Below, in pieces: positions 37,088-47,523 of a DNA stretch of 64,000 nucleotides. Source of the stretch: an uncultured Chloroflexia bacterium (GTDB lineage Bacteria; Chloroflexota; Limnocylindria; Limnocylindrales; CSP1-4); NCBI GenBank assembly GCA_963746845.1, contig CAVVCZ010000006.1, positions 128,001 through 192,000 of the forward strand, read 5' to 3'. Every line of letters begins with the position of its first letter. Within the stretch, counting starts at the first letter, position 1. Under the pieces are notes generated by a model. The model saw nothing but the letters and a program-made list of their open reading frames with translations. It did not search any database and had not been told where the DNA came from. The translations under genes and the position numbers were made by a program.

Positions 37088-37945
37088 TCAGCCCGCGGCC
37101 AGACCCGCGACGAACCGCCGGATCACGCGCGCGAGACGGGGGCCGGCCTCGGCTCCCGCGGCGAGGACCTCCTCGTGGGTCAGCGGCTCGCCCGAGTACC
37201 CGGCGCCCGCATTCGTGACGAGCGACACGCCGCAGACCTCGAGCCCCGCCCAGCGCGCGGCGATGCACTCGAGGACCGTCGACATCCCGACCGCGTCCGC
37301 GCCGAGCGTGCGGAGCATCCGGACCTCGGCCGGGGTCTCGTATTGCGGCCCGAGGAGCCCCGCGTAGATCCCTTCGGTCAGCTCGACGCCCTCTGCATCG
37401 CCTGCGGCGTGGAGCGCCGCGCGGAGACGCGGACTCCAGGCGTCGGTCAGGTCCTGGAACCGAGGACCGATCGCATCCGCGTTCTGGCCGAGGAGCGGCG
37501 TCCGTCCGGTCAGGTTCAGGTGGTCGGCGATGACCATGAGCGTTCCGGGGCCGAAGGCGGGGTCGACGCCGCCCGCCGCGTTCGTCAGGACGACGATCTC
37601 GGCGCCGAGCCGCCGGAACAGGAGGACCGGCTGGACGACCAGGCCCGGGTCGTTGCCTTCGTACACGTGGAACCGGCCCTGGAGCATGACGACGGGTGTA
37701 TCGCCGAGGCGACCGAGCAGGAGCCGTCCGACATGACCCGGCGCGGTCGCCGCGGGCCAGCCCGGCAGGTCGGCGAACGGGATCGCGGTCGCGTCCTCGA
37801 GGTCGTCGGCCAGGCCGCCCAGCCCGGAGCCGAGGACGATGCCCACGCGCGGGACGAGGCTCGCGCGCGCGCGGATCGCGGCCTCCAGCGCATCGAGACG
37901 GGCGGGCTGGTCCGCGGGCGGGATCGGGGTCGAGACGGGAATCAC
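37088..37945 (-). CDS. Purine nucleoside phosphorylase (trimeric, PunA/XapA type)
   Basis: IVLGSGLG, GH.G.L, QGRFHVYEG, TNAAGG, GPQYETPAE, GMSTVLE, SLVTN, HEEV; start approximate. Confidence 0.93.
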   Translation of the reverse strand: MIPVSTPIPPADQPARLDALEAAIRARASLVPRVGIVLGSGLGGLADDLEDATAIPFADLPGWPAATAPGHVGRLLLGRLGDTPVVMLQGRFHVYEGNDPGLVVQPVLLFRRLGAEIVVLTNAAGGVDPAFGPGTLMVIADHLNLTGRTPLLGQNADAIGPRFQDLTDAWSPRLRAALHAAGDAEGVELTEGIYAGLLGPQYETPAEVRMLRTLGADAVGMSTVLECIAARWAGLEVCGVSLVTNAGAGYSGEPLTHEEVLAAGAEAGPRLARVIRRFVAGLAAG

Positions 37946-37975
37946 GGGCGCGCGGGCCTCCGGGATCTCATCCAG

Positions 37976-38184
37976 GGGGAAGACGGCCGAGGCCCGCTGA
38001 GCAGAAAGCCCGACGGACGTACCGACACCGGGATGCCGGTCGCAGTCCGCCGGGCGGTCGTCGCTCGGACGGGGACGAACGAGGCCGCCGGGTCCGGGCA
38101 ACGAAGCGCCCGAAGCGACCGGCGCGGAGCGGAGGCCCTTGATGTGATCTCGGTTTCTCCGGTTCCTGACGGCCCCTTCGGGCA
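37976..38184 (-). ncRNA. Candidate 6S-like rod-shaped ncRNA (~200 nt)
   Basis: Own promoter; nested pairing GAAG/CTTC, GGCCG/CGGCC, AGAAA/TTTCT, CCGA/TCGG, then a central unpaired region, then GCCGGTCGC/GCGACCGGC, CGGGCG/CGCCCG, TCGTTGC/GCGACGA, CGGAC/GTCCG. Confidence 0.5.
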
Positions 38185-38190
38185 CGACCT

Positions 38191-38220
38191 ACGGTACGGC
38201 CGGCTCGGGACGGGGGTCAA
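38191..38220 (-). promoter_or_regulatory. sigma70-type promoter
   Basis: TTGACC-18 nt-TACCGT on the minus strand. Confidence 0.65.
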
Positions 38221-38225
38221 CGGAT

Positions 38226-38312
38226 TTGTCCACCAAGTGCGGGCATCGGCGGGGACGAGTATCCACGAGTTCTGCACCGATGTGGACGAGACGTGGACAA
38301 GACGGTGGAGAG
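38226..38312. promoter_or_regulatory. Cluster of six DnaA-box-like 9-mers
   Basis: TTGTCCACC, GTATCCACG, TTCTGCACC (+); TCGTCCACA, TTGTCCACG, CTCTCCACC (-) compared with TT(A/G)TCCACA. Confidence 0.55.
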
Positions 38313-38351
38313 TCTGCGCCGCAGACCCGTCGGCCGCGGGTCAGCCGCCCC

Positions 38352-39392
<1,041 letters not shown>

Positions 39393-39621
39393 CGCTCGCA
39401 ATCCTAGCGTGGCCCCGAGGAACCGCCCGCCCATACGACCCGAAGACGACCGAAATCTCGGTTGCGAGCGGTCAACGCGCCAGGGTCCGCCCCTGACGGC
39501 GGTACCACCGGCGCCCGCCGCTGGTACCTCTAGCGGACTCCATCACACCCACCACTCGCCACCACAATGCGGCCACGCCCTGGACCCCCTGCAGCGCGCC
39601 ATCTGGAGAGGCACACGACGC

Positions 39622-41253
39622 ATGGCCACGACCGACGCGAAGAGCGGATTCCGGCTTCCGTGGAGCTCTGACCGGCCCGCGGACGGAAGCGAACCGACCG
39701 ACGAGCCCACCGGCGAGGACGGCTGGCCGTCCGAGTCGGGAGCGCCCGAGCAGACCGACGCCCCCGACGGGACCGCCGACGTGGCGGACGCTCCCGAGGC
39801 CGCCGACGCGCCCGAGGCCGTCGAGGCCCCGGCCGACGCCCCGGCTGACGCCCCCGCCGCCGTCGAGGTCGACGAGCCCGCGCCCGTGCCCGCGGCTGCC
39901 GCCGTCGCCAAGGCGACCGGCAAGAAGCCGAACAAGTTCCTCGCCGACCTGACGAAGGCGATGCAGGCCGCCGCGGAGGACGCGCGCGGTCGCGCGCTCA
40001 GCCAGCTCCAGGCCGACGCGAAGACCCACATCGAGTCGATCCACGGTCGATCCGCGACCGAGGCCGCCGATCTCCGCCGAAACGCCGACGACGACGTCGC
40101 CGCGGTCCGCGAGTGGTCGAAGGCCGAGATCGCCCGGATCCGCGAAGAGACCGAGCAGAAGATCACCGATCGGAAGGCTCGTCTCGAGACGGAGATCGAG
40201 CAGCATGCCGCCGTCATCGAGCGCGAGATCGTGGCCGTCCAGGGGACGGTCGCCGGGTTCGAGAGCGAGATGGCCGACTTCTTCGAGCGCCTGCTCGGCG
40301 AAGAGGACCCGACCCGGTTCGCCACGATGGCCGAGAACCTCCCCGAGCCGCCGACCTTCGACGACCTGACCGTCGCCGCGGTCGAGGCCGAGCCCGAGGC
40401 CGCCGTCGAGACGGTCGCGGACGAGCCGGAGGCCGAGGCCGCCGAAGCCGGTGTCGCGGAGACGGCTGAGGCCGAGGCAGGGACGGCCGACGCGGCGACG
40501 GACGAGACCACCGAGACCGTCGATGGCGTGGCCGAGGAGGCCGCCGAGCCGGTCGAGGGCAGCGCCGAGTCCACCGAGAACGCCGAGGCCGGCATGTCCG
40601 GTGAGGGCTCGTTCGAAGGCTTCGCCGGGGGCGAGGGCATGGACGGCGATACCGAGGTCGACCGCGAGGCCGCCTTCGCCGCGATCCAGGCCGCCGCCGA
40701 GGCCGCCGCCAGCGCGGAGGTCGCGGCCGACGCCGCAGCCCGCGCCGAGGCCGTCGCCGACGTCGCCATCGAGATCATCGGCAACCATGACGGCGAGCCC
40801 GAGAGCGAGGCGGATCCCCGCTTCGCGGCCCTCGGCCTCTCGCCGGACTTCGACGCCGCCGAGGCCGAGGCGCTCGCCAGCGCCGACGCGTCGGGCGACG
40901 ACGAGATCCCGGTCATCGGCGACGACGCGCTCGCCGCACGACTCGCCGGCCTCGTGCCGTCGAAGGGCAAGGGCGCGAGCGGCGACGCGACGCAGACCCA
41001 GGTCGTCGTCGTCGGGCTGGTCAGCGTCGCGAGCATCGCCAGCTTCAAGCGCCACCTCGGGCGGGTCCCGGGCGTGCAGTCGGTCGGCGTGTCGTCCGGC
41101 CCCGACGGGGAGTTCGTCTTCGCGGTGGCCCATTCGGCCGAGACCAACCTCCGCGACGCCATCCCGTCCCTGCCGAGCTTCCAGGCTCGGGTCAACAACT
41201 CCACCGACGGCTCCATTCACGTCACCGCCCATGACCCGGAGGCGGACGGCTAG
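39622..41253 (+). CDS. Acidic low-complexity/coiled-coil protein with C-terminal globular domain
   Basis: GGAGAGG RBS; E/D/A/P-rich tracts flanking a ~130-aa helical, charged segment; C-terminal beta-alpha-beta-like domain. Confidence 0.75.
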   Translation: MATTDAKSGFRLPWSSDRPADGSEPTDEPTGEDGWPSESGAPEQTDAPDGTADVADAPEAADAPEAVEAPADAPADAPAAVEVDEPAPVPAAAAVAKATGKKPNKFLADLTKAMQAAAEDARGRALSQLQADAKTHIESIHGRSATEAADLRRNADDDVAAVREWSKAEIARIREETEQKITDRKARLETEIEQHAAVIEREIVAVQGTVAGFESEMADFFERLLGEEDPTRFATMAENLPEPPTFDDLTVAAVEAEPEAAVETVADEPEAEAAEAGVAETAEAEAGTADAATDETTETVDGVAEEAAEPVEGSAESTENAEAGMSGEGSFEGFAGGEGMDGDTEVDREAAFAAIQAAAEAAASAEVAADAAARAEAVADVAIEIIGNHDGEPESEADPRFAALGLSPDFDAAEAEALASADASGDDEIPVIGDDALAARLAGLVPSKGKGASGDATQTQVVVVGLVSVASIASFKRHLGRVPGVQSVGVSSGPDGEFVFAVAHSAETNLRDAIPSLPSFQARVNNSTDGSIHVTAHDPEADG

Positions 41254-41307
41254 GCGGCGCGGCCGACCTGTCGTCCCCTCACCACCCCCTCATCGAAGGA
41301 GCGACCG

Positions 41308-42543
41308 TTGGCGCGACCGGCGATCGTCATCGCACTCCCGGTCGCGGAGCGCAGGATCGTCGCCGACGAGCTGCGCTCCGCCGGTTTCGAGGCCATCACG
41401 GTCGGTGCACCGGATGAGCTCGAGGCGCTCCTCGCGAACCGGCACGACGTCGCCGTCGCGATCCTCGACGGCGAGACCGACCTCGACTCGTCGCTCGAGT
41501 ACTACGCCCTGCTGCACGAGGGCTCGAGGAAGATCCCGGCCCTGATGGTCATGTCGGCGAGCGCGCTGGACCGGATGTTCAGCCCGGACTCCGCCGACGA
41601 GTTCTTCAGCCGCCCGTACACGGCCGACTCGATCCGCTGGCGGGTCGAGGCGATGTGCATCCGGTCGATGACCGTCGACGACGGGTCCGGCCCGATCATC
41701 CAGGGCGGCTCGATGGAGATGGGCGATTGGGCGCGACGCGCGGCCGTGATCGCGATCTTCAACCCGAAGGGCGGGGTCGGCAAGACGACGATCGCCACCA
41801 ACCTCGCGGCGGCGCTCCAGATCCACCGCGACCAGAAGGTCCTCCTGATCGATGCCGACACGGTCACCGGGCACGTCACGACGTCCCTGGGGCTCGAACA
41901 TGTCCGGACCGTCGCGGACAGCTGGCGCGACCAGGCCGAGGGCGGCCCGATGGAGACGCTCACCGAGCTCGCCGCGCCGCATCCGTCCGGCCTGTCGGTC
42001 GTGCCGCTGACGTCGAGCCCGCTCAACACCGAGATCCTCGACCCAGAGCGGGTGGGTGACGCGATCGCCGCGTCCCGGCCGGTCTACGACTTCATCGTCG
42101 TGGACCTGCACCCGTCATATTCGAACCTGAACCTCGCGATCTTCGAGAAGGCCGACCGCATCCTCGTCCCGGTCACACCCGACGTACCGGCGCTGCGGGC
42201 TGCGGTCCAGCTCCGCGACGTCGCCGTCGAGATGGGGCTCCAGGACCGGCTGGCGCTCGTCGTCAACCGCGCGAACAGCGGCGTGTCCGTGGCCGACATG
42301 GAGCGGACGGTCGGGATGTCGGCGCTGGCCCTGATCCGGTCCGGCGGGCTGCTCTTCGTCCGGGCCGCGAACGAGGGCCGCACGGTCATCGAGATGTACC
42401 CGAAGGAGAAGATCACCGAGGACTTCGACGCCCTCGCGGATCGGCTCGTCCGGACGCACGTGTCCGAGGAACCGGCGACGACCACCCCGCAGCGCGCCGG
42501 GTTCCGCCTGTTCAACCGCACGAAGGAAGTGGCGCGAGCCTGA
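41308..42543 (+). CDS. Receiver-like domain + MinD/ParA-family ATPase (CpaE/TadZ-like)
   Basis: AAGGAG RBS with TTG start; deviant Walker A KGGVGKTT, LLIDAD, IVVD, VVNR; C-terminal AGFRLFNR amphipathic segment. Confidence 0.88.
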   Translation: MARPAIVIALPVAERRIVADELRSAGFEAITVGAPDELEALLANRHDVAVAILDGETDLDSSLEYYALLHEGSRKIPALMVMSASALDRMFSPDSADEFFSRPYTADSIRWRVEAMCIRSMTVDDGSGPIIQGGSMEMGDWARRAAVIAIFNPKGGVGKTTIATNLAAALQIHRDQKVLLIDADTVTGHVTTSLGLEHVRTVADSWRDQAEGGPMETLTELAAPHPSGLSVVPLTSSPLNTEILDPERVGDAIAASRPVYDFIVVDLHPSYSNLNLAIFEKADRILVPVTPDVPALRAAVQLRDVAVEMGLQDRLALVVNRANSGVSVADMERTVGMSALALIRSGGLLFVRAANEGRTVIEMYPKEKITEDFDALADRLVRTHVSEEPATTTPQRAGFRLFNRTKEVARA

Positions 42544-42545
42544 GA

Positions 42546-42686
42546 CCGGCTCCTCGCCCGCCCGGCCCTCCGGCTCCTCGCCCGCCAGCCCGCCGGCCCG
42601 CCGGCCCTCCGACCCTTCTGTCATCTCGGCCGTGTGTCACCCACACGCGACCAAGCTGCGTCGTCGTGCGCGCGTGTCACCCACAC
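42546..42686. repeat. Short intergenic direct repeats
   Basis: CCGGCTCCTCGCCCGCC at 42546 and 42570; GTGTCACCCACAC at 42634 and 42674. Confidence 0.5.
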
Positions 42687-42822
42687 ATCCAGCAGGCGCG
42701 GGACCACGCCTCATACGTGAGCGTGGCGTCCGCTTCGTTCTCGCGTGTGCCACACGCAGGCCCGAGAAGAGGATGAGCTCGGGGCGCGACTCAGTCCGCG
42801 GCTCAGGCCGCGGCGTTCGAGC

Positions 42823-43482
42823 CTACGAGCGTTCCTGCCAGTTCGTGCCGCCGAGCGGGGCGCCGGGGAGCCTCTGGGGCTTGGAGCCGGTCCGCTTGTC
42901 GACCTGGTCCACGCCGCGCAGATAGAACCGGTTGACGAGGACCGTGTCGATATCCGGATCGCCGACCCGCTGGTCGCCGTACCAGGCGACCGCATCGACG
43001 ACCGCGACGAACATCTCCGTCGCCCGGTCCAGGAGCCGCTCCGGCTCCGACCCCGGGTGCAGGTAGACGGTCCCGATCACCCGGAACGGCGGCGCCTCGA
43101 GGGCGACGTCGTAGGCGACCTTGTGGACGCGATGGGCCGCCCGCTCGTCGTCCGTGAACTCCGGCAGCGAGCCCTCGCCGGCGAGGACGAGGATCAGGTC
43201 GTACGGATCGACGCTCCGGAGGCCCGGGGCGTCGGCAAAGGGCGAGGACCCGTCGATCGGCGCCCACTGGACGTCGTGGATCGCGACCGATTCGCGCTTG
43301 TTCAGGGCGTCCGAAAGCCGGCCGTCGACGTCCATCCGGCCGACGAGCCGCCACTCCTCGGTGACCCCATCGAACGCGACGCCGGTCCGCGCGACGCGCG
43401 GGGCCGCGGCCGGGGCAGATGGGCCGGCCGGCGACGCAGGCTTCGCGGCGGGCTCGGCCTTCTTCCGCCGGAGGAAGTTCAT
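42823..43482 (-). CDS. Hypothetical protein with two tandem DUF6812-like beta domains
   Basis: Internal repeat: WRLVG....RLSDALN.R..VAI.D / FRVIGTVY....ERLLDR..FVAVVDA...VLVNR. Confidence 0.65.
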   Translation of the reverse strand: MNFLRRKKAEPAAKPASPAGPSAPAAAPRVARTGVAFDGVTEEWRLVGRMDVDGRLSDALNKRESVAIHDVQWAPIDGSSPFADAPGLRSVDPYDLILVLAGEGSLPEFTDDERAAHRVHKVAYDVALEAPPFRVIGTVYLHPGSEPERLLDRATEMFVAVVDAVAWYGDQRVGDPDIDTVLVNRFYLRGVDQVDKRTGSKPQRLPGAPLGGTNWQERS

Positions 43483-43507
43483 CGGCACGCGGATCCTCTC
43501 GCGAGGG

Positions 43508-45475
43508 TCATTCCTCGGAGCTCCCGGTGTTGGCCCGGATCGTCTCGACGACGGTGGCGTCGGCCAGCGTGGTCGTGTCGCCGAGCGTCCGGCCCTGGGC
43601 GATGTCGCGGAGGAGACGACGCATGATCTTGCCCGACCGGGTCTTCGGCAGATCCGGGACGAACATCAGCGACTTCGGCTTGGCGATCGGGCTGATCTTC
43701 GTCGCGACGTGGTCGCGCAGCTCCTGTCCGAGCTCCTTCGTCGGCTCGTTGCCGAGCCGGAGGATGACGAACGCGTTGATCGCCTCGCCCGTCACGGGAT
43801 CCGGCCCGCCGACGACGGCCGCCTCGGCGACGGCCGGGTGCGACACGAGCGCGCTCTCGATCTCCGTCGTCGACAGCCGGTGGCCGGACACGTTCATCAC
43901 GTCGTCCACGCGTCCGAGCAGCCAGTAGTAGCCCTCCTCGTCGCGCTTCGCGCCGTCCCCCGCGAAGTACATCCCGGGGAACCGGCTCCAGTACGTCTGC
44001 TTGTAGCGCTCCGGGTCGCCGTAGATGCCGCGGAGCATCGCCGGCCACGGGCGCTTGAGGACGAGGTACCCACCGCCGCCGAACGGCACGGAGTTGCCCT
44101 GGCCGTCGACGATGTCCGCCTCGATGCCCGGGAACGGGAAGGTCGCGGAGCCCGGCTTGGTCGTCGTGACCCCCGGCAGCGGGGTGATCAGGATCTGGCC
44201 GGTCTCGGTCTGCCACCACGTGTCGACGATCGGGGTGTGGCCGCCGCCGATGTGCTCGTGGTACCAGACCCACGCCTCGGGGTTGATCGGCTCGCCGACG
44301 GAGCCGAGGACGCGGAGCGACGAGAGGTCGTGGCCCGCCGGATGAGCGTCGCCCTGCTTCATGAACGCGCGGATCGCCGTCGGGGCGCAGTACAGGATCG
44401 TGACCCGGTAGTCCTCGATGATCCGCCACCACCGATCCCAGGCGGGCGTGTCCGGCGTGCCCTCGTACATGACCCCGGTCGTCGCGTTCGCGAGCGGCCC
44501 GTAGACGATGTAGCTGTGCCCGGTGACCCAGCCGACGTCCGCGGCACACCAGTACACGTCGTCGGGCTTGATGTCGAAGATCATCCGGTGGCTGTAGGAC
44601 GTCCCGACGAGGTAGCCGGCCGTCGTGTGGGTGATCCCCTTCGGCTTCGCCGTGGAGCCGGACGTGTACAGCAGGTAGAGCATGTGCTCGCTGTCGAGGG
44701 CGACCGCCGGGCACTCGCCGGACTGGCGATCGACGATGTCGTGCCACCACACGTCACGGCCGTCGGTCATCGCCGTGCCGCCCTCGAGCGCGTCGCCCAG
44801 GCGACGGACGACGAGGACGTGCTCGATCGTCGGCGTCGACTGGACCGCCTCGTCGACGGCCGGCTTGAGCGCCGTCGCCTTGCCGCGCCGCCACCCGCCG
44901 TCGGCGGTGATGACGAGCTTCGCCTCGGCATCGTTGATCCGGCCGGCGAGCGCCTCGGCGGAGAACCCGCCGAACACGACCGTGTGGGGCGCCCCGATCC
45001 GAGCACAGGCGAGCATCGCGATCGGCAGCTCGGGGATCATCGGCATGTAGATCGCGACCCGATCGCCGGTGCCGATGCCCAGTTCCAGCAGCGCGTTGGC
45101 GGTCTTCGAGACCTCGCGCAGGAGGTCGGCGTAGGTGATCGTCCGGGTGTCGCCCGGCTCGCCGATCCAGTGGTACGCGACCTTGGTCCCCAGGCCGTTC
45201 GCGACATGCCGGTCGACGCAGTTCTCGGTGATGTTCAGCTTCCCGCCGACGAACCACTTCGCGAACGGCAGCTCCCACTCGAGGGTCGTCGTGAACGGCT
45301 CGCGCCAGGTGACCGTCTCGCGGGCGATCTTCTCCCAGAAGGCGACCGGATCCCGACCGGCCTCGTCGTAGAGCGAGGCCCCCGCGTTGGCCTGCGCGGT
45401 GAACGCCGGATCCGGAGGAACGGTCCGCCGTTCTGCGAGGAGGTTCTCGATTTCGGGACGCTGGTCAACGCTCAC
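43508..45475 (-). CDS. acs: Acetyl-CoA synthetase
   Basis: [55 protein letters not shown]; AGGAG RBS before GTG. Confidence 0.97.
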   Translation of the reverse strand: MSVDQRPEIENLLAERRTVPPDPAFTAQANAGASLYDEAGRDPVAFWEKIARETVTWREPFTTTLEWELPFAKWFVGGKLNITENCVDRHVANGLGTKVAYHWIGEPGDTRTITYADLLREVSKTANALLELGIGTGDRVAIYMPMIPELPIAMLACARIGAPHTVVFGGFSAEALAGRINDAEAKLVITADGGWRRGKATALKPAVDEAVQSTPTIEHVLVVRRLGDALEGGTAMTDGRDVWWHDIVDRQSGECPAVALDSEHMLYLLYTSGSTAKPKGITHTTAGYLVGTSYSHRMIFDIKPDDVYWCAADVGWVTGHSYIVYGPLANATTGVMYEGTPDTPAWDRWWRIIEDYRVTILYCAPTAIRAFMKQGDAHPAGHDLSSLRVLGSVGEPINPEAWVWYHEHIGGGHTPIVDTWWQTETGQILITPLPGVTTTKPGSATFPFPGIEADIVDGQGNSVPFGGGGYLVLKRPWPAMLRGIYGDPERYKQTYWSRFPGMYFAGDGAKRDEEGYYWLLGRVDDVMNVSGHRLSTTEIESALVSHPAVAEAAVVGGPDPVTGEAINAFVILRLGNEPTKELGQELRDHVATKISPIAKPKSLMFVPDLPKTRSGKIMRRLLRDIAQGRTLGDTTTLADATVVETIRANTGSSEE

Positions 45476-45586
45476 GTGGGCCACTCCTGCCGGGATGTGC
45501 GAGGCGCGCCGCGAGTCGCGGGATGAGGGTCCGCCCATTCTACGCGGGCGCCGTCTCGCAAGCCCCTCGCCGGGCTGCGATCCGGC

Positions 45587-46516
45587 CTACTCGTCCGCGA
45601 GGTCGTCCTGGGACGGGGCGCTGGCGACCGGCACGGCCGTCGTGGCGTCCGCGGACGAGACGACGACCTGCCGCGGGCGCGGCAGCTGGATGCCGTTCTT
45701 CGCGAAGGCCTCGATGAGGAGCTTGCGGAACTCGCCGCCGGCCGCCCACTGCTCGGACGCCCGGACCGTGCCGAGGATCTTCAGCGTGATCCCGCGCTCC
45801 TCGATCCGCTCGACCCGCTCGACCCGCGGCGGCTCCAGGATCCGGCGGCGCCAGACCGGGTCGGCCGCCATCTGCTTGCCGAGCTCCTCGACGACCCGGA
45901 TCGCGGCGTCGATGTCCGTCCCGAACGCGACCGTGACGTCCTGGTTGATCCTCGCCCACGTCCGCGTCCGGTTGCTCGCGACATGGATCTCGCCGTTCGG
46001 GACCGTGTGGACGACGCCGTCGAGGTCGCGCAACGTCGTCCGGCGGAGGCTGAAGTCCTCGACCGAGCCGCTGACCCCGGCGAGGGTCACGACATCGCCC
46101 TTGCTGTACTGGTTCTCGATCAGGATCAGCGCCCCGTTGAGGTAGTCGCGGACGAGGCTCTGAGCCCCGAAGCCGACGGCGATCCCGATGACCCCGAGCC
46201 CGGCGACGGCCGGGCCGATGTCGAGCCCGAGGACCCCGAGGATCATGATCCCGGCGATCACCGCGATGAAGAACTGGAGGACGGCGCCGCCAAGCCCGTC
46301 GAGCGTGTCCATCCGCTTCTTGACCTCGACGGCCGACAGCTCCTGGGCGGTGCCCTCGCTCGCCTCGCGGTCGAACAGGGCCTTCAGGATCCCGTGGACG
46401 ACCAGCTTCGCGAGGCGCAGCGCGATCAACGCCAGCACGACGATCACGAGGATCCGCAGACCGTCGGTGCGCAGGAACTCGAGGATCGTGCTCAGCGGCG
46501 GCTTGTTCGGATCCAT
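45587..46516 (-). CDS. Small-conductance mechanosensitive channel
   Basis: AGLGVIGIAVGFGAQSLVRD, ENQY..GD, G.VE..LR.T.LRD.DG..H.VPNG. Confidence 0.92.
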   Translation of the reverse strand: MDPNKPPLSTILEFLRTDGLRILVIVVLALIALRLAKLVVHGILKALFDREASEGTAQELSAVEVKKRMDTLDGLGGAVLQFFIAVIAGIMILGVLGLDIGPAVAGLGVIGIAVGFGAQSLVRDYLNGALILIENQYSKGDVVTLAGVSGSVEDFSLRRTTLRDLDGVVHTVPNGEIHVASNRTRTWARINQDVTVAFGTDIDAAIRVVEELGKQMAADPVWRRRILEPPRVERVERIEERGITLKILGTVRASEQWAAGGEFRKLLIEAFAKNGIQLPRPRQVVVSSADATTAVPVASAPSQDDLADE

Positions 46517-46555
46517 CGGCGCGATGGTACCGGGCGGCGGCCGACCCGCCGGCGA

Positions 46556-47464
46556 TCAGGACGCGGCGGCGACCTCCGGGGCGAGCGCCTCGACACCGGC
46601 GCCGGCGCTCGACGACGCGGGCAGCGCCGACGGCTCGCTCGCGGCAAGCGACGAGTTCGTGAGCGCCTGGGCGAGCGACGGCTGGGCCGCGGTCGCGGTC
46701 CCGGTGCCGCCGAGCCGGACGGAGATCGCGGCCGCCGCCTCGCGCGCCTGGGCGGCAAGCTCGGGGATCCGGCGCGGCGTGAGCCGGAAGGCCGGGCCCC
46801 AGATGTCGACGGCCGCGATCACGTTCCCGCGGGCGTCGTGGACCGGGGCCGCGACGGCGTTCAGGCCCATCTCGAACTCGCCGAGCGCCGTCGCGTAGCC
46901 GCGCCGGCGGATCCGTGCCAGCTCCTCGAGGAGCGGCTCGAGCTCGGTGATCGTCCGCTCGGTGTAGCTGAGAAGGCCGCGGCGGACGATCCGGAGGACC
47001 TCCCGCTCGGCGACCGCGGCAAGGAGCACCTTGCCGGACGCGACGCAGTGGAGCGGCGTCGCGCGCCCGGTCCAGTCGCCGACGGCGATCAGGTTCGGCC
47101 CGTCAGCCTGGGCGACGGTCAGCAGCGAGTCGCCGTCGAGGACGCCGAGGCCCGTCGTCTCATGGGTGAGCCGGGCCAGCCGCTCGAGCTCCGGCATCGC
47201 GATCCCGCGCAGGTCGAGGGTCCGCTCTGCGCGCTCGGCGAGGCGGATGACGACGAGCCCGAGACGGTACTTGCCGGTCTCGTCGTCCTGCTCGACGAGG
47301 CCGCGCTTCTGGAGCGTGGCGAGGAGGCGGGACGCCGTCGACTTGTGGAGGCCGAGCCGCCGCGCGAGCTCGGTGACGCCGGCCTCGCCCTGGGAATCCC
47401 CCAGCGCGAGCAGGAGTGCCGCGGCCCGGTCGACCGAGCGAACGGCGTTTCCGTCGAGGACCAT
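46556..47464 (-). CDS. IclR-family transcriptional regulator
   Basis: VRSVDRA, ELARRLGLHKSTASRLL, PLHCVASGKVLLA, IRRRGYA, AVAAPV; AGGAG RBS. Confidence 0.95.
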   Translation of the reverse strand: MVLDGNAVRSVDRAAALLLALGDSQGEAGVTELARRLGLHKSTASRLLATLQKRGLVEQDDETGKYRLGLVVIRLAERAERTLDLRGIAMPELERLARLTHETTGLGVLDGDSLLTVAQADGPNLIAVGDWTGRATPLHCVASGKVLLAAVAEREVLRIVRRGLLSYTERTITELEPLLEELARIRRRGYATALGEFEMGLNAVAAPVHDARGNVIAAVDIWGPAFRLTPRRIPELAAQAREAAAAISVRLGGTGTATAAQPSLAQALTNSSLAASEPSALPASSSAGAGVEALAPEVAAAS

Positions 47465-47523
47465 CGATCTGTCGCTCCTGTCCTGGTGGTGGCGGTGGTG
47501 GCGTCGGTGGCCGGGACCCCGTG

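Noticed and set aside
37946-38185. 80-codon N-terminal extension of the nucleoside phosphorylase
   Set aside because: No homology to the family and atypical codons; the region is better explained as structured RNA, although a leaderless GTG at 38185 cannot be fully excluded
38226-38350. oriC
   Set aside because: The boxes are degenerate, there is no AT-rich unwinding element or DnaA-trio run, and no dnaA/dnaN gene is nearby
42544-42822. Small ORFs or an ncRNA in the convergent gap
   Set aside because: The ORFs lack RBS, motifs and typical codon bias; only short direct repeats are supportable
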